Source: Calcarisporiella thermophila CBS 279.70 (lineage: Eukaryota; Fungi; Calcarisporiellomycota). Taken from it: a stretch of 64,000 nucleotides of DNA. This document shows, piece by piece, positions 51,084 to 64,000 of this stretch; positions within the stretch are counted from its first letter, which is position 1; every line of letters begins with the position of its first letter. The translations under genes were made by a program, and so were the position numbers. A model generated the notes under the pieces. The model had not been told where the DNA came from. It made no database searches and saw nothing but the letters and a program-made list of their open reading frames with translations. The DNA is taken from contig NW_027192201.1 in assembly GCF_041956535.1 (NCBI RefSeq), positions 284,060 through 348,059 of the forward strand. Direction: 5' to 3'.

Positions 51084-52134
51084 TTTCAAGTGTGACTAGG
51101 GGATGGAAACACGATAATGCCAAGGGCGTGAATAAATAGAAAGAGGGGGAGGCGGGGGGGGGGGGAAGGGTATAAGCGAACGGATGTCAGCAGTTCAGAG
51201 ATATGGACATCAAGATGACGAGGGAGGAATTCCAGGGACACCGCTGACACGGGGGGGAAATGGAAGGGAGATGGGCGCGGAGGGAAGGGATGGGATTGAA
51301 AGAACAAACAATCTTAGTCGTTCTCGACAGAAGTCCTGGAAAAACAAGCGAGGCGAAAATAGAAGATTTAAAATAACTTTAAATCCCGGCCCCCGCCAAT
51401 CAGCAGGCTTCGGAATCTGGAAGCCAGAAAAAAAGAAAAAGCACGACAAAGTCAGCGGGGGGTGCCTGGTGGTGCGGCAAGAGGACAAAGCCTTTTTGTC
51501 AGTCCTCCATCGGCCCTGTTTCGTTCCCTGCTCCTCCACTGGAGGCCCAGCGGGCCACGCACTCGTTCGCGAAGCACAGCCAGCCAGCCAGCCCGCCCGC
51601 CCGATCCGGGACGGGGCGCGAGCGCCTCCTTCCTCACAGCCGCTGCGAGCAAGTCAAGGACAGACTCTGGGCCCCCCGAAACCTTCCCGGCTGCGGCTTG
51701 GCTCGCGGCCACTGAGCGGGGCGGGGTTGAAGACGGGCTGAAGGGCGGCTGAGGCTTAGCGCGAGCAAGTGATCGAGAGCATGATCAGGAGAGCGCGCTG
51801 CCCTGGCTTTCCTGCATGAGGCAATAAAGGGCTCGTCCACTCAAGCGGCCCGAACAGACCAAGACGCTAATTTCATAATCCGGCCGAGAAACGGGTGGCG
51901 CCGGAGGCCGCAACCTCCAACGCATTTCAGACCTGGAGCTGCAGGCGGGGCACAGCTCGTTCCCGTTGGTGATGCATATGGTTAAATTGAACGCACACAC
52001 AAACCACACAAATCCCAATCGTTTGGCATCCCCGCACGAACCTGACCGCCCTCTCTTCCTGCTACTACTTCCTCCGTTCTGGTGCGCGTGTCTAGCCCTT
52101 CCGTCTCCCCCTTCCCCGGAACTCCATCTTCCCC

Positions 52135-55100
52135 ATGTCATTTCTGGCCGCCCTCGAGAATCCAGATGCCTTCCCCCCCAATCCCGGGTGGCCAACAAAG
52201 AGCGACGTGTTTGAGAATTCCCCCGTCTTTCTCGACTACATCTCGGCCATTGAGGCATCTTTCCCCAAGATCCAGCGCTGGGCCGATGCCGCCCGCGACC
52301 TTTGCGAGATTAGTCAAGGTAGTTTGGCCAATGACAGAAACATCCCCATCCCCCTTTGTCCTAATGTTGTCATCTCCCATTAGCCTTCAAGGAATCCTTC
52401 GAAAAATATGCAAGCGAGTGCCGAGAATTGATTTCAAATAGGGGTGAAGGTATTCATCTTGATTGCATTCCTCTACTTATCTGTACTCTCTCGCGTTCAT
52501 ATGACTGAACTCTTCTGTCTCGCGTGCGGTACGCCTATCGCGGGCTTATCCCGTCCCCCTGCAGAGAATGCTCACGTTAAAGAATTCCTGAAAATCATAC
52601 AAACGATATCCGACGGGCTGGACTCGTCTTGCCGCAACTTTACCGTCCAGACTCGGGACACCGTACTGAGTATGCTGTCATAATTCCTCGTGTCTTTGCA
52701 TAGCTCATGCTGACCCAGCTCTGGATTTCATTATTTGGTGCTCTTTTTCCCCCTTACTTTCGCTCCCCCAGCTCCTGTATCAAAACATCGCGGAAATTTG
52801 GACATCGTCCTTATGGTAAGGAGGCTTCTCTTGAGAACCCGCCCTCCCGACCTCTCCGCTAACAGCCCTCCTTCCCCTTAAAGCAAGCTAGAGAAAATTT
52901 TCGCCAGGCCCAACGACATCACGAGAACAACTTGGAGGCCTATTGCTCGTATTCCCGGCGGTTAGGCGCAAAAAGAAATTCGGTGCATATTGAGGTAGGC
53001 GCCCATCTTTTGCCGGTAGAATTGTATCCTATAGCAGCCGGAACCCATCCTGTTCTTTCAAACTAAATAGCTGGCCACGGCAGTGTATAATTCCCAGCAG
53101 GCATTATGTGATGCATCCTTAGAATATGCGGCCTTGCTAACAGAGGTGGATCAGATTAACCGAAATTTCGTGATAGAACGGGTAATGCCTTGCGTCCATT
53201 CCAATCCCATCTTCTCCACCCCCTTTTTGACGTCAACCCCTTTTCTTCTTCCTCCTCGAAGGCATACCAATTCAACAAAATATTTAGTGACCGATGCGAC
53301 GAGAACGCACATCTACTTCACCAATACCGCCCAGCACTGGAGGAGACATTCACCAACATGGATCTTCCCCGTATCGAATTAAGCCATCTCCGAACTCCTT
53401 ACCCGGCATTCAATCCGTTTCAAGTGCGTTCATCCTCCTGGAGCATCGGATTTGGCTAGGATAACTAAACCTTTCTCTTTTTTTTTTTTGGTAGGAGGAC
53501 CTTGCCAGATTCCACCGCTCGATTGGACTCACGCCAAAGGAAGCCAAGTCCAAGGACCCTATTATGGGCCTTGATTTCGACGAGGAGGACCAGGAGCAGA
53601 CAGACATGCTGGCCACGGCGTCTGAGGGCCAGATGAAAGGCCACCTGTTTCGAAGATATGTGGAGCAATCCACCACGGTTTGGCGAAGGTAATTCCACTC
53701 CGTGAGCACCTCTTCGAGTCACCCTCGGCTTTCTAACCTAGCCCTCCTCTCCTCCATACCAGGCGTTATTTCTGCATTCACCATCCTGAGGGAATCTTGA
53801 TGCAGTACCGCAATTCAAAGGTGAGACGTGCTCCCTTGAGTCGGCGGCTAGTCCTTGGTTAACCCGTTTACTTTGGCGTTTTCTAATCTAGGGATGGGAT
53901 GCCATTGCAGATCTAAAAATTTGTAACGTGAATCCTGTCAAGGACCTCTACATTGATCGCAACAACGTGATTAAAATTAGCGGCCCCTCCAACGCGTACC
54001 TATCCACCTATACCCATCTAGTTTAATAGCGCTCTCTAATGTATCGAATATCCCCTTCTCCTATTGGAATGCTTAGGGAAATTTTGGTGCAGGCCGAGAC
54101 CGAAACCGACCTTCGCCTGTGGCTAACCGCCCTTCAGGCCTGGCAGGGCACCAAAACCGGGTTTACCCACTCCTCTCCTGGCTCGATGCAGGCGCAGCCG
54201 ATCATCATTCCAAATGGCCGACCAACGGTAAGCTCTTCCCCTCCTCTCCCTTTTTTCAGCCGAATGCTCAACTCCACCTGCTCATGTTTTTTTTTTTTGA
54301 TTCAAGCGCCCACGAAGCAAGACCCTTCTTCGCATGAACCGTGAGCCCGGCTACTCTTCCTTCAAAGTTTTCGGCGAGCAGCCCATGAATGAATCTCCAA
54401 CCTCCCCCCCCACCTTTTACAGCGCTGCCAACATAACCACCACCTCTCGCAAAGTCTCCCTCTCGGATATGATCCCCATCAAGCGTGAGGTGCTACTTGC
54501 CCGCGAGGCTAAGCGCAGCGATAGAGATATCATTTCGCCGTGTGGTGCTTGGCGCAAGGCCGTCTGCGTCCTCAGCGACCGGGGCGTCTTGGCCCTCTTC
54601 AGTGATCATGATAAAACCCTGCTTCTGCAGGTGTCGCTTCCCCAGATCCCCAGGTCCCATATCCAGCTCATGGACGAAAGCCTCTTCCCCGCCCACCGCA
54701 ACTGCTTCTGCGTCGGCACCACCGTGGGCGCCTGGTATTTTTCGGTGTCTTCCCAGGCCGAGAGAAATCAGTGGGTGAGCTTGCTGAAAGCGCACGCCGC
54801 GCCCGACTGGGTGCGAGCGCCGGACGGCGAGCGCCTCCGTATTTTCCGGACCTTCTGGCTGAGGGTGAATGATGCACGGGACTTGCGAGCGATCCAGCCC
54901 TACTGCGAGATTGTGCTTGACTGTGATCTCCGCGCCCGCACCAGTGTGCAGCGCCAGCGCGATCTGTACTGGCGCGAGGATTTCACCTTCCTCGACCTAC
55001 CCCCGTTCAAAATCGGGGTCACCCTTCTCGTGAAAAGTGCGGAGAGGCATGTCGGGCGCGTGTTTATTCCGATTCGATCGGTGAGGCGCGGGGTGCTCTA

Positions 55101-57015
55101 CGAGGGCTGGTATCCCATCATGAGCGATGGCAGTACCGTTGCAAGTAGCGGGGGAGGCGGTTACCTGCACCATCATGTATCGGAGCACGTGGGCGATTTG
55201 CGAATCAAACTGCTCTACGACGAGGTGGTCGTGTTGCCGATTGAGGAATATGAGGAGGTGGAGAAGGTAGGTGAAGCTTTCAAGCGCACTTCTTTCATGC
55301 GGATGATGATGCTCATTTCCTCATTCACACCACTTCCCCCCTCCCCCTCCCCTTCTCTTTCTCTCTCTGTTTTTTTTTTACTTTAGTACTTCTTCAGCCT
55401 GGACGCCAAGGCCACTTTTGAACTTGCTAATAGCTGCCCCGAATTGGAGCGCGTGGCAATGTGCATGCTACGTGTACATGAAGCAAGGGGCCTAGGTGCT
55501 GTAAAGTGGATCAATGCGATGGCGAGTGAAGAGGTCGCCACCACCACCATCGAGAACACCTCCATCCTGTTCCGTGGCAATTCCCTCCTCACCAAAGCGA
55601 TCGACGTCTACATGAAAATGATATGTGTCGAGTATATAGACACCGCCATCGGTGAGAGTCCCGTCTTCCCCTTCCTCCCCCCTCCCCCTCCCTCCTCCTC
55701 CTCCTCCTCCTCCCCCATTTAAGCTAACACGCCTGAATTGAACGTTATTTTGCGTTTAGGCGATAAAATACGGCTGATCTGCAGCGCTCGCGTCGTTTGT
55801 GAGGTTGACCCCTCTAAGCTTGGGCAAGATGAGGATGTGAATGCACATTGGCGCACTCTCATTGCCCATGCGCGTGCCCTGTGGAGAGGGATTTGGGAAA
55901 CACGGGAAAAATGCCCTCGAGAACTTCGGGAGGTCTTTGCTCACCTTCAACATCTTGTGATGGAAAAGTATCAAATCGATAAGGGCGAGAGTGGACTGGT
56001 GGCGAATGCCCGCTATACGTGTGTTAGGTAAGTTGCAGCCATGCGCCCCTTTCGGCAAGTAATCTCTTCTCTCTATGGCTGAAATCTCACGCCGATTCCT
56101 CGTAGTGGATTTATCTTTCTGCGACTCATCTGTCCAGCGGTATTGGCGCCGAAGCATTTTGGCCTGGTGCAAGGTAAATCTTCTTTCCCCAACAATAGTT
56201 CTCCTTTTTTCCCCTGTTCTTCCACTCAGATCTGACCTATTTCGCGTAACTGCCATTGCAGAGCATCCCGATCCCAAGACCCACCGGACCCTTACCCTTC
56301 TCGCCAAGTCATTGCAAAACCTTGCCAACCTGGTCCCATTTGGGTCCAAAGAGACCTACATGGTGAACATGAACGAATTCATCAACGAGAATATGTCGTC
56401 GCTCATGGAGTTCATCGACTACATAGCGGTAATGAGTTGGAATGGAACTGTTCCCCGCTGCCGTCCCCTGATCCTCTTTCCCCCTCTTGCCTCCCTCTTT
56501 AGACCCCCTGTGACTCGGCCCCTTCGCAGAAAGATGGCACCGAGAGCGTCACCCTCACGTCGCCTTCCTCCTACTTCGAGTCGCCGACGCCGCAGCATCT
56601 CATCGATCTCCCCAAGGAGTTGGCCTGCCTTTCTGGGTGGATTGCCTCATTTATGAGGCCTCCTCCTCCCCCCTCCTCTCCTCCGCGGGGCGAAGTCCCA
56701 ACCCTTCCCGACCTTTCCTTCAGCTCCTCCTCTATTGCCACGTCCAGCAGTGACGACGAGACTCTTAGACTACTGCGCGCAGCCTGCATCCAAGTGCAGA
56801 CTCGGACCCAGCACTTGAGGGAGCACACGAAGAAGCCGGCGGTGGATGTGTCGCGGGCCCGATCACCCTCCACCTCGGTGGACGAGGAGGTGACCACCCC
56901 CTCTCGCGGCATGGCAATAAAGCCCCGGTTTGCTAGACGAGACCCGTACGACGAGGACAACGGGGAGGACGCGGTAGGGCACGACGGGAAAGAGACACTG
57001 GCTCGCTCGATATAA
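52135..57015 (+). CDS. Ras GTPase-activating protein with BAR-like, two PH and C2 domains, multi-exon
   Basis: RasGAP LFRGNSLLTK arginine finger, V|SGFIFLRLICPAVLAPK, RTLTLLAKSLQNLANL, FGSKETYMVNMNEFI; C2 PYCEIVLD..RARTS..YWREDFTF; PH MKGHLFR..WRR|RYFCI..WLTAL and WRKAVCVL..ERNQWVSLL. Confidence 0.88.
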
Positions 57016-57860
57016 AACGGAGTCAGGAAATTATGCATCTTGTCCAGTCCCCCCTTCCCCTTTTCGTCCTATGCCATTTGCCAGTGTTTTTTAATACTAT
57101 TTCAATTCATTTCCACTCATCGCATCTCTATTTTTTTTTTCTTTCTTGAACAATAGTTTAGTTGTTTGGCATGTTTTTTTTTTTCTTTCAACATTGTCTG
57201 ATTTCGCACCCCTCTATTTTAGAAAAGAAGTGACACGCGTTTCTTTCCCAATGCTCTTCCCTCTCTACAACATCCACTTTTTTAACTTTTTTTTTTCCCT
57301 CATTGCTTATCTATTACTATACAATAATGTTGAATGGTTTGTTGTAGCTATTTTATAATATTCCTTTTTTTCTTCTTTCTTTTGGTGTCGGTTCAATAAA
57401 CTAACAGAGTAAACCTATAAAACCGGCAGGATGCCATGGTGTTGTTGTTGGATAGGGAATCAGTGTAGGTTGGCGGGATAACGTCGACACAACAGAGCAG
57501 GGTGAGTGCATTTCTGTGCTTTATAAACATGAAACTGAAGACAAGGGCAATAAAAATAACATCGTCATATGGAAGAGGGAAGAGGGAAAAGGGAAGCGAG
57601 GAGTGAAAACACAAATTTCAAAGATTCGGATATCCAGCATTCAAAGTCTTTAGCTCCCTCCGAAAAGAAGAAGAAATAGGAGAAAGAATAAAAAAAACAC
57701 ACGCGCACAAACCGTGAAACTAGATGAGGGGTAGAAATATTGACTAACAATTCAAAGAGGAAATGAGCAAGGAAACAGAAACAAACAGAGGAGAAGAGAG
57801 AAACAAAAGATGCGTCAGGCGGGTCGAAGCTAGAGACACGGCCACTCCACACCACCAGGC

Positions 57861-60800
57861 TTAACTCTGGGGCGGAGGCTGGTTCGGCATTTGAGGAGAG
57901 GAGCGCTGCTGCGGCAGGGTCTGCGTTCTCGCAACGGGTGAGCCAGCCACCGATCCCCCGCCCAGGCTCAGCATTCCCAGCGTGGGCGAGGAAGAGACCC
58001 CTGCATTGGCCTGCGCGGCAGCGGCGGCAGCAGCTACCGCGGCGGCGGCCTGAGGATTTGGATTCCCTCCTGCAGCAGCGGCGACGGCAGCGGCGGCGGC
58101 GGCCGAGTTGCGCAGGGCCGTTGCATAGACGCGCTGCAGCTGGACCTGGGAAATCTGTGGTATCTGGTTCGCGAGCTGTGCAAGGAGAGCGGGGCTGATT
58201 TGTAGCATCCCTTGGGGAAGTGCGCCCTGCTGCTGCTGCTGCTGCTGCGGCTGCGCTTGGAGATGTTGCTGTTGTGGGCTGGCCTGCGTGGCATGCTGTT
58301 GGCGTGGAGATTGCTGCTGAGTGTGTTGTTGTATTGGAGAACGCTGCGGGGGGATGGACTGTTGCTGGCGAGGAGAGAGTTGGGACTGCTGGGCTTGCTG
58401 CTGCTGCTGGCTTTGGGCCTGCTGGGCTTGCTGAGCCTGTTGCTGCTGGAGTGCTTGTAGCATCTGAACCGCCTGTCGCTGCTGCTGAGACTGCGGAAGG
58501 TTGACTGCCTGCTGCAGTGCGGCGTGATTCACTGGATAAAAAATGCGTCAAAATCCTAAGGGTCAGCTCTTCAACAATCCATAGCCAATGGAGTCAATGG
58601 GCTTACCTCCTGAGAGCTGCTGTTGCCCTGGAATGCCAGATCCCACAAAACCAGTTCCAAGGGGTGCCCCCGATACGCCTCCCGCGGGTCTTCCCTGCGC
58701 CTGCGCTTGAGCTTGAGCTGCAGCCGCGGCTGCAAGCATAGCCTGCCTCTGCCTCAATATGGCCTGGACTTGCTCTGCCGTCAATTGGGTCGGCATTCTG
58801 ACAGGCATACCCGCGTTCTGTGCGGCTTGGATCGCTGCCATTTGCTGAGCCAGCTGCTGCGCCTGTGCACTTGGCCGGACGGCCGCCAATTTCGCTGCGG
58901 CAACGGCTGCAGCCGTTGGGTTGGTTCCCATGGAGGTGGAGGTGTTGATGGCCGTGGAAGCTGTATTGGCCGCAGTGGCCGTCATTGCTGCTGTAGTTGT
59001 GTTGCCGGTGGTCGCAACGCCTCCACGCCCCGCGGCGGCCACCGCCGCTGCAGCAGCCGCGGCAACCGCAGCAGTGTTGGCGGAGGTGGACTGCATGGGA
59101 CGGACCTGTTGAGCGAGGGGATGATTCGTTGGTAAACCGCCCGAGGGGCGAACAATTGGCTACAAGCATTCAACCGTCCGTCAGTAAAATGACGATAGGG
59201 GATCTAGACATGTCATATTTCTTACCCTTGCCACCCCGCCTTGTTGGAAAGGGAATCCGGCGGCTGCCTGCGACTGCTGGGCAAGAAGCACCTGTGCCAA
59301 TTGTCGGTCTCGTTCCGCCTTCATCCTGCTAAGCTCTGCAGGGGTAGCAGTTGTGCGCTGTGAGGGCATGCCTTGCACAGGAGACTCTATCTTTTTGGTG
59401 ATATTGGACGTGCCGTCTACACCATCGGAAAGAATGACGCTTATTAGCTCTAGCGGCAAAGTTAAATAGAAAAAAAAATACATACTTGTGGCTTTGGCCT
59501 GATTTCTCCGCTCAGCAACCGCGTTGATTGCCTCGAATATGCCATACTGTCTCTGCTTACGCTTCAAGTAGTCGATCTTGGGCCGTGCGGAAGCCTTTTG
59601 GTCCTTCTTTTGCTGCTTGGCAATTGCCGATGCAGCAGCAGCCGAAGAGGCATTTGCTGGGGTGGGCGAGGAGGAATTGGCAAACACTGGAGTTGAAGAT
59701 GAGCTTGCATCTCGGTTAGGAACCGACTGCCCAGCTCCCCCTCCCGGCCTACCTAATGCGCCAATTGAGCCCGGCCCAAGTGCCATCTGAGTCTGCATAG
59801 AGATCACGTTTTGATGCTCAAGCCGGACCCATCTCTCGTAACAATCGTAGGCTGTGCGCCGCTCGCCCGACACCGCAGCTCGAGTTGAGTTGTAAATGTC
59901 GGCGATAAGGTTCCAATTGTGCTGCATCGGTGATACAAGCGATAAAAGGGCAGCGTCGTCCTCGGGATGCCATGTGGAAGGCTGGGACTGAGCTGAGTTG
60001 GGCTGAGGAGGTGGGTGTACTGAGGGCATGGGAAGCTCCTTTTGTTTCCGTGGAACAAAGAGAGAGGGGGCGGTGGTGATCTCTGTCGCATGGGGCGAGA
60101 CGGGCTCCTCAAAGTCTGTGTCAGAGTCCGTCTCCGCATCAGCTGCGCTCCGATATACTGGCCGTTTCCGTTTCAGGATAGGTTTCTTGGTCATCAGTTG
60201 ACTAAGCGGCACTACCCGGAACTGCTCGATCTCATCGATGTATGCATCATTGTCATCGGGTGTGGGCGGCTGGTACAGCGACATCTCAGGGAAAACAAGC
60301 TGCGGATCAAACCCGGAATCCTCCAGCCCAGTGAAACAAAAAATATTGTCGATCGGTCCAAGCTCAAGGAGTGCAGACGAAAGCTGTTGAAGAAGCTCAG
60401 GAGCAACTGAGGTATCGCGGGAGGTCATCGATTGGTCTTGATCTTGCTCCTCAGACAGGGACCAAGGGACAGCGGGCTGTTCCGTGGCATTGACAGGAGA
60501 AGCAACAATCTCCGCTCCGCTAGCTGGTTGCTGTACAAGGGCGTCAGCGGGATCCAACGGGTGGGGCGGTTTGTCCTCCACGACAGCCGCATTTCCTGCA
60601 GAAGGCCCCTGAATATCTTCAGCAATATTTCTATTAAGTGCACCATCTTCGGAAACCGCTTCAGCCTTCACTTCCTCCGCATCCTCCACTTTTTCATTCT
60701 CGGCATACTCCAAAACCATTGGCGTATCATTTGACTTTGTTTCGCTTTCAAGCAGGGTGCTGGTTTGCCCATCAATGTTCATCGGGCTATCTAATAGTGG

Positions 60801-63307
60801 TTGGGCCTCAGGGATATGGCGCTATATAATTTGGAGTAAGTACATGATATTCTAAAAAGTTTGAGCCAAAAAAAAGCGGGAAACCTACTTTGATGCACAC
60901 TTCTTCCTTATTTTCCGCATTATGCCACTCCATCACCCAATGTGCCAACTGATATGCAAGCGAAATTTTCCACTTGCGCTCCTCTTTGAAATCTGCCTGT
61001 AGCCATCGCTGTTGAATTAGGAAATAAATCCAAAGACGAGTCATTAGTTTCTAGCATTTATGTGTACACGCTCTCCTCGCGTTATTTACCATTTCATCTA
61101 ATAAATAGTCCCAGGATGACTTTGTTCTCGGAGGCGCTTTGTGTCGTTTCAGCTGTCGAAAAGACCACATGTTTGCATTTTTTAGACTTTCAATGCGCTG
61201 CAGTGCTCTAATCGATTTCAATTCATCGCGAGCAATCTAGGTGTGGGGAATCAAAAATTTAAAACCTTTGGATATCAATTGAAAAAGAGAGTAAAAAACA
61301 TTATAAATACCGTCCAATCATGGGTCGTCACTATCTTACTAGCGGACTGCAGCGTTTTATGAAGGGGCTTGCTCTGCATACGTAGCAGCCATTCGTATAG
61401 ATCCACCGGCTCTCCATTTGCTTGCTGCTGACGGCTATAGCGATGGGAAGCTCGGGATGACCTCTCTCTCCGTTCAGAATCATGCAGGCGTCGGCCGGTC
61501 ATCGAGGTTCGAAATTTATCTGATGATCGCTTCGTAGTAAGGCGAACGGAGGGGGTCTTTATACCTTTCTCGCTGGTCGGGGTTCCCGCAGGAGATCGAA
61601 GCGATGATGTGCTTGCAAATCCAGGCTAAAATAAATATTATCAGAATTATTTTAGGTAAAAAAAAAATATATGAACGTATTTGATATTACATCGTGGCCA
61701 GAGAGGATTTCCTCCACACTTTTTCTTGGTACCGCACCGCTCATGCCGCGCGTCATTGGACGCTCTGGTGGAGGCACGACCCGTCTACGAGACGCTGTTG
61801 GTGTATCGATAGATGGGCTTGGGTTCTGTCTGATTTCTTCCGTTCCATCTCCAGATTCCGTTTTAATTTTAACAGGCTCATCGTCTTCCTCTTGCTTTAC
61901 TTTTGCAGGGGGTGGGGTAGATACTGAGGAATTCTCCATATTTGCTGCTGAGTCACCATTGGGAGCTTTCGTCAAGATCTTAAAGTAATTACGCAAGATG
62001 TTAAAATAGATGTTATAGTCACGAAATGCAACAAATATGTNNNNNNNNNNNNNNNNNNNNNNNNNNNNNNNNNNNNNNNNNNNNNNNNNNNNNNNNNNNN
62101 NNNNNNNNNNNNNNNNNNNNNNNNNNNNNNNNNNNNNNNNNNNNNNNNNNNNNNNNNNNNNNNNNNNNNNNNNNNNNNNNNNNNNNNNNNNNNNNNNNNN
62201 NNNNNNNNNNNNNNNNNNNNNNNNNNNNNNNNNNNNNNNNNNNNNNNNNNNNNNNNNNNNNNNNNNNNNNNNNNNNNNNNNNNNNNNNNNNNNNNNNNNN
62301 NNNNNNNNNNNNNNNNNNNNNNNNNNNNNNNNNNNNNNNNNNNNNNNNNNNNNNNNNNNNNNNNNNNNNNNNNNNNNNNNNNNNNNNNNNNNNNNNNNNN
62401 NNNNNNNNNNNNNNNNNNNNNNNNNNNNNNNNNNNNNNNNNNNNNNNNNNNNNNNNNNNNNNNNNNNNNNNNNNNNNNNNNNNNNNNNNNNNNNNNNNNN
62501 NNNNNNNNNNNNNNNNNNNNNNNNNNNNNNNNNNNNNNNNNNNNNNNNNNNNNNNNNNNNNNNNNNNNNNNNNNNNNNNNNNNNNNNNNNNNNNNNNNNN
62601 NNNNNNNNNNNNNNNNNNNNNNNNNNNNNNNNNNNNNNNNNNNNNNNNNNNNNNNNNNNNNNNNNNNNNNNNNNNNNNNNNNNNNNNNNNNNNNNNNNNN
62701 NNNNNNNNNNNNNNNNNNNNNNNNNNNNNNNNNNNNNNNNNNNNNNNNNNNNNNNNNNNNNNNNNNNNNNNNNNNNNNNCAAAAGATTAACACAAAGTAT
62801 GAATGCATCAAAAATATGGGGGAGCATACCCATTAAGCCTATTTTTTTCTAAATACTCTTTAATCTTATCTTGATTGGCTTTTAGCCATCCGTCATCCGG
62901 GGTTATTGCAACTTCATCACGATCAGTATTACTTTCAAAGAATAATAACTGCTTCAACATGCTGTCTCGTCTACTGATGAGTTTTCTACGCGCAACAAAA
63001 AATCATATAAGTACAATGAAAATACATAGTTTCCAAAATAAGTGATAACAAAAATGAACAAAATAAAACTTACTTAATCGCTGTTATCCTGGCATCTTCA
63101 GCTTTGATACGCAGTTCTTCTATAGATAGTGCCTGCAATATCGATATGGTGGTTAGACAAGATCATCATCACTCATGATTAAAATACTAATTCAAATGCA
63201 ATCCATTTAAAAATGAGCAGGATGATGGGCAAAAATCTCACCTGATCTAAGTCTTGGCTCATCGAATTTGTCACTGGATTTTCTTGAGTTAGTACATCTT
63301 GTGTCAT
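57861..63307 (-). CDS. EAF1: NuA4 scaffold Eaf1/Vid21 (HSA and Myb/SANT domains, Q/A-rich tail); spans an assembly gap
   Basis: LHKTLQSASKIVTTHDW, IESLKNANMWSFRQLKRHKAPPRTKSSWDYLLDEM|RWLQADFKEERKWKISLAYQLAHWVMEWH, Myb WHPEDDAALL..NWNLIAD..RRTAYDCYERW, TPAELSRMKAERD; 5' exons are tentative. Confidence 0.9.
57990..59090 (-). repeat. Low-complexity poly-Gln/poly-Ala coding tracts (CAG/GCN-rich)
   Basis: QQQQQQQ and AAAAAAVAAA runs in the EAF1 C-terminal exons. Confidence 0.85.
62041..62779. other. Assembly gap (N run) within EAF1
   Basis: N characters. Confidence 1.
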
Positions 63308-64000
63308 GATTAAGCAAATAATTAAGTAAAATGATGATATTGGTGATTGGGAGCCAATGACTTTGTCAATGACTGTCGCTTTTCATATCTCACTACACAC
63401 TAGCGCCGTTGCGACAGGGGGATGTGAATGGATGGATGTGCTGGAGTCCTGCCCTCAACAATTTTGCAAAAAGCAGTCAATTTTATTTGGGGATATCGCT
63501 CAAGCCAAAAGAGTGAGGACTAGACAGAAATCTGCTAGGCAAGAAGCATAGAGAGAACTACGCGCGTAATAACTCTCGATGTTAAGAGAATCACATGGCT
63601 TTACGAATGCTAACTATGAATAAGTCGATTTTATTGAAATGTGAAGAAACATTGGATTTTTGCCAATATCAGGAATAGAAAAGCCTATTGCTTCAACTAG
63701 GAAGAAATATATACTGAAGGATTGTTATGGATGACTGTTTAGGATACTTTCTACGTGCTTAGATACTTCCCTTTTGCACCTTTGTCCAAAAGAATAATGC
63801 CGTGAAACTGCATGTGCTTTTAGATTCTGATATCCTTAAAATGTAACTTTAGCGATTTGTGACTGGCTTCGACAATTTACATTGCCCTGGTTATTATTAA
63901 GGGTGGCAAAAGCACTGAGCGTTTAATAAATTATGAGAATTTTAACCCTACGACCCCAGCTTCGCCTCTTGCTATTACCACGCTTTGCGAGAATGAGCAC

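Noticed and set aside
1-64000. Selenoprotein (in-frame TGA) or U12-type introns
   Set aside because: The junctions I reconstructed read through with ordinary GT-AG introns, and I saw no conserved in-frame TGA or RTATCCTT donor; the check was not exhaustive.

Overview
Intron-rich eukaryotic nuclear DNA from a fungus, most likely an early-diverging (Mucoromycota/zoopagomycete-like) lineage, judged from a myosin-motor chitin synthase, a Zn2Cys6 factor and short GT-AG introns. About 22 protein genes can be rebuilt across introns: DHCR7, RPN10, an RF2-type release factor, DOMON/cytochrome b561, EMC5, GEMIN7, PIG-P, WRNIP1/MGS1, RPL7, Caf120/Skg3-like PH protein, APC permease, FYVE protein, bHLH-ZIP, Myb/SANT-like protein, class V chitin synthase, TRAX, DDRGK1-like, a hypothetical protein, Zn2Cys6 TF, single-pass TM protein, multi-domain RasGAP and EAF1. 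There are two assembly gaps. The most notable items are a spliced, probably mitochondrial, bacterial-type RF2 (SPF motif); a DDRGK1 that keeps its ribosome-binding basic segment but appears to have lost the UFM1-binding and DDRGK motifs; a C/D snoRNA in RPL7 intron 2; a GEMIN7 gene absent from the ORF track; and a BAR-PH-PH-C2-RasGAP architecture. All family calls come from remembered motifs, not database searches. No CRISPR array, tRNA, rRNA or intact transposon was seen.
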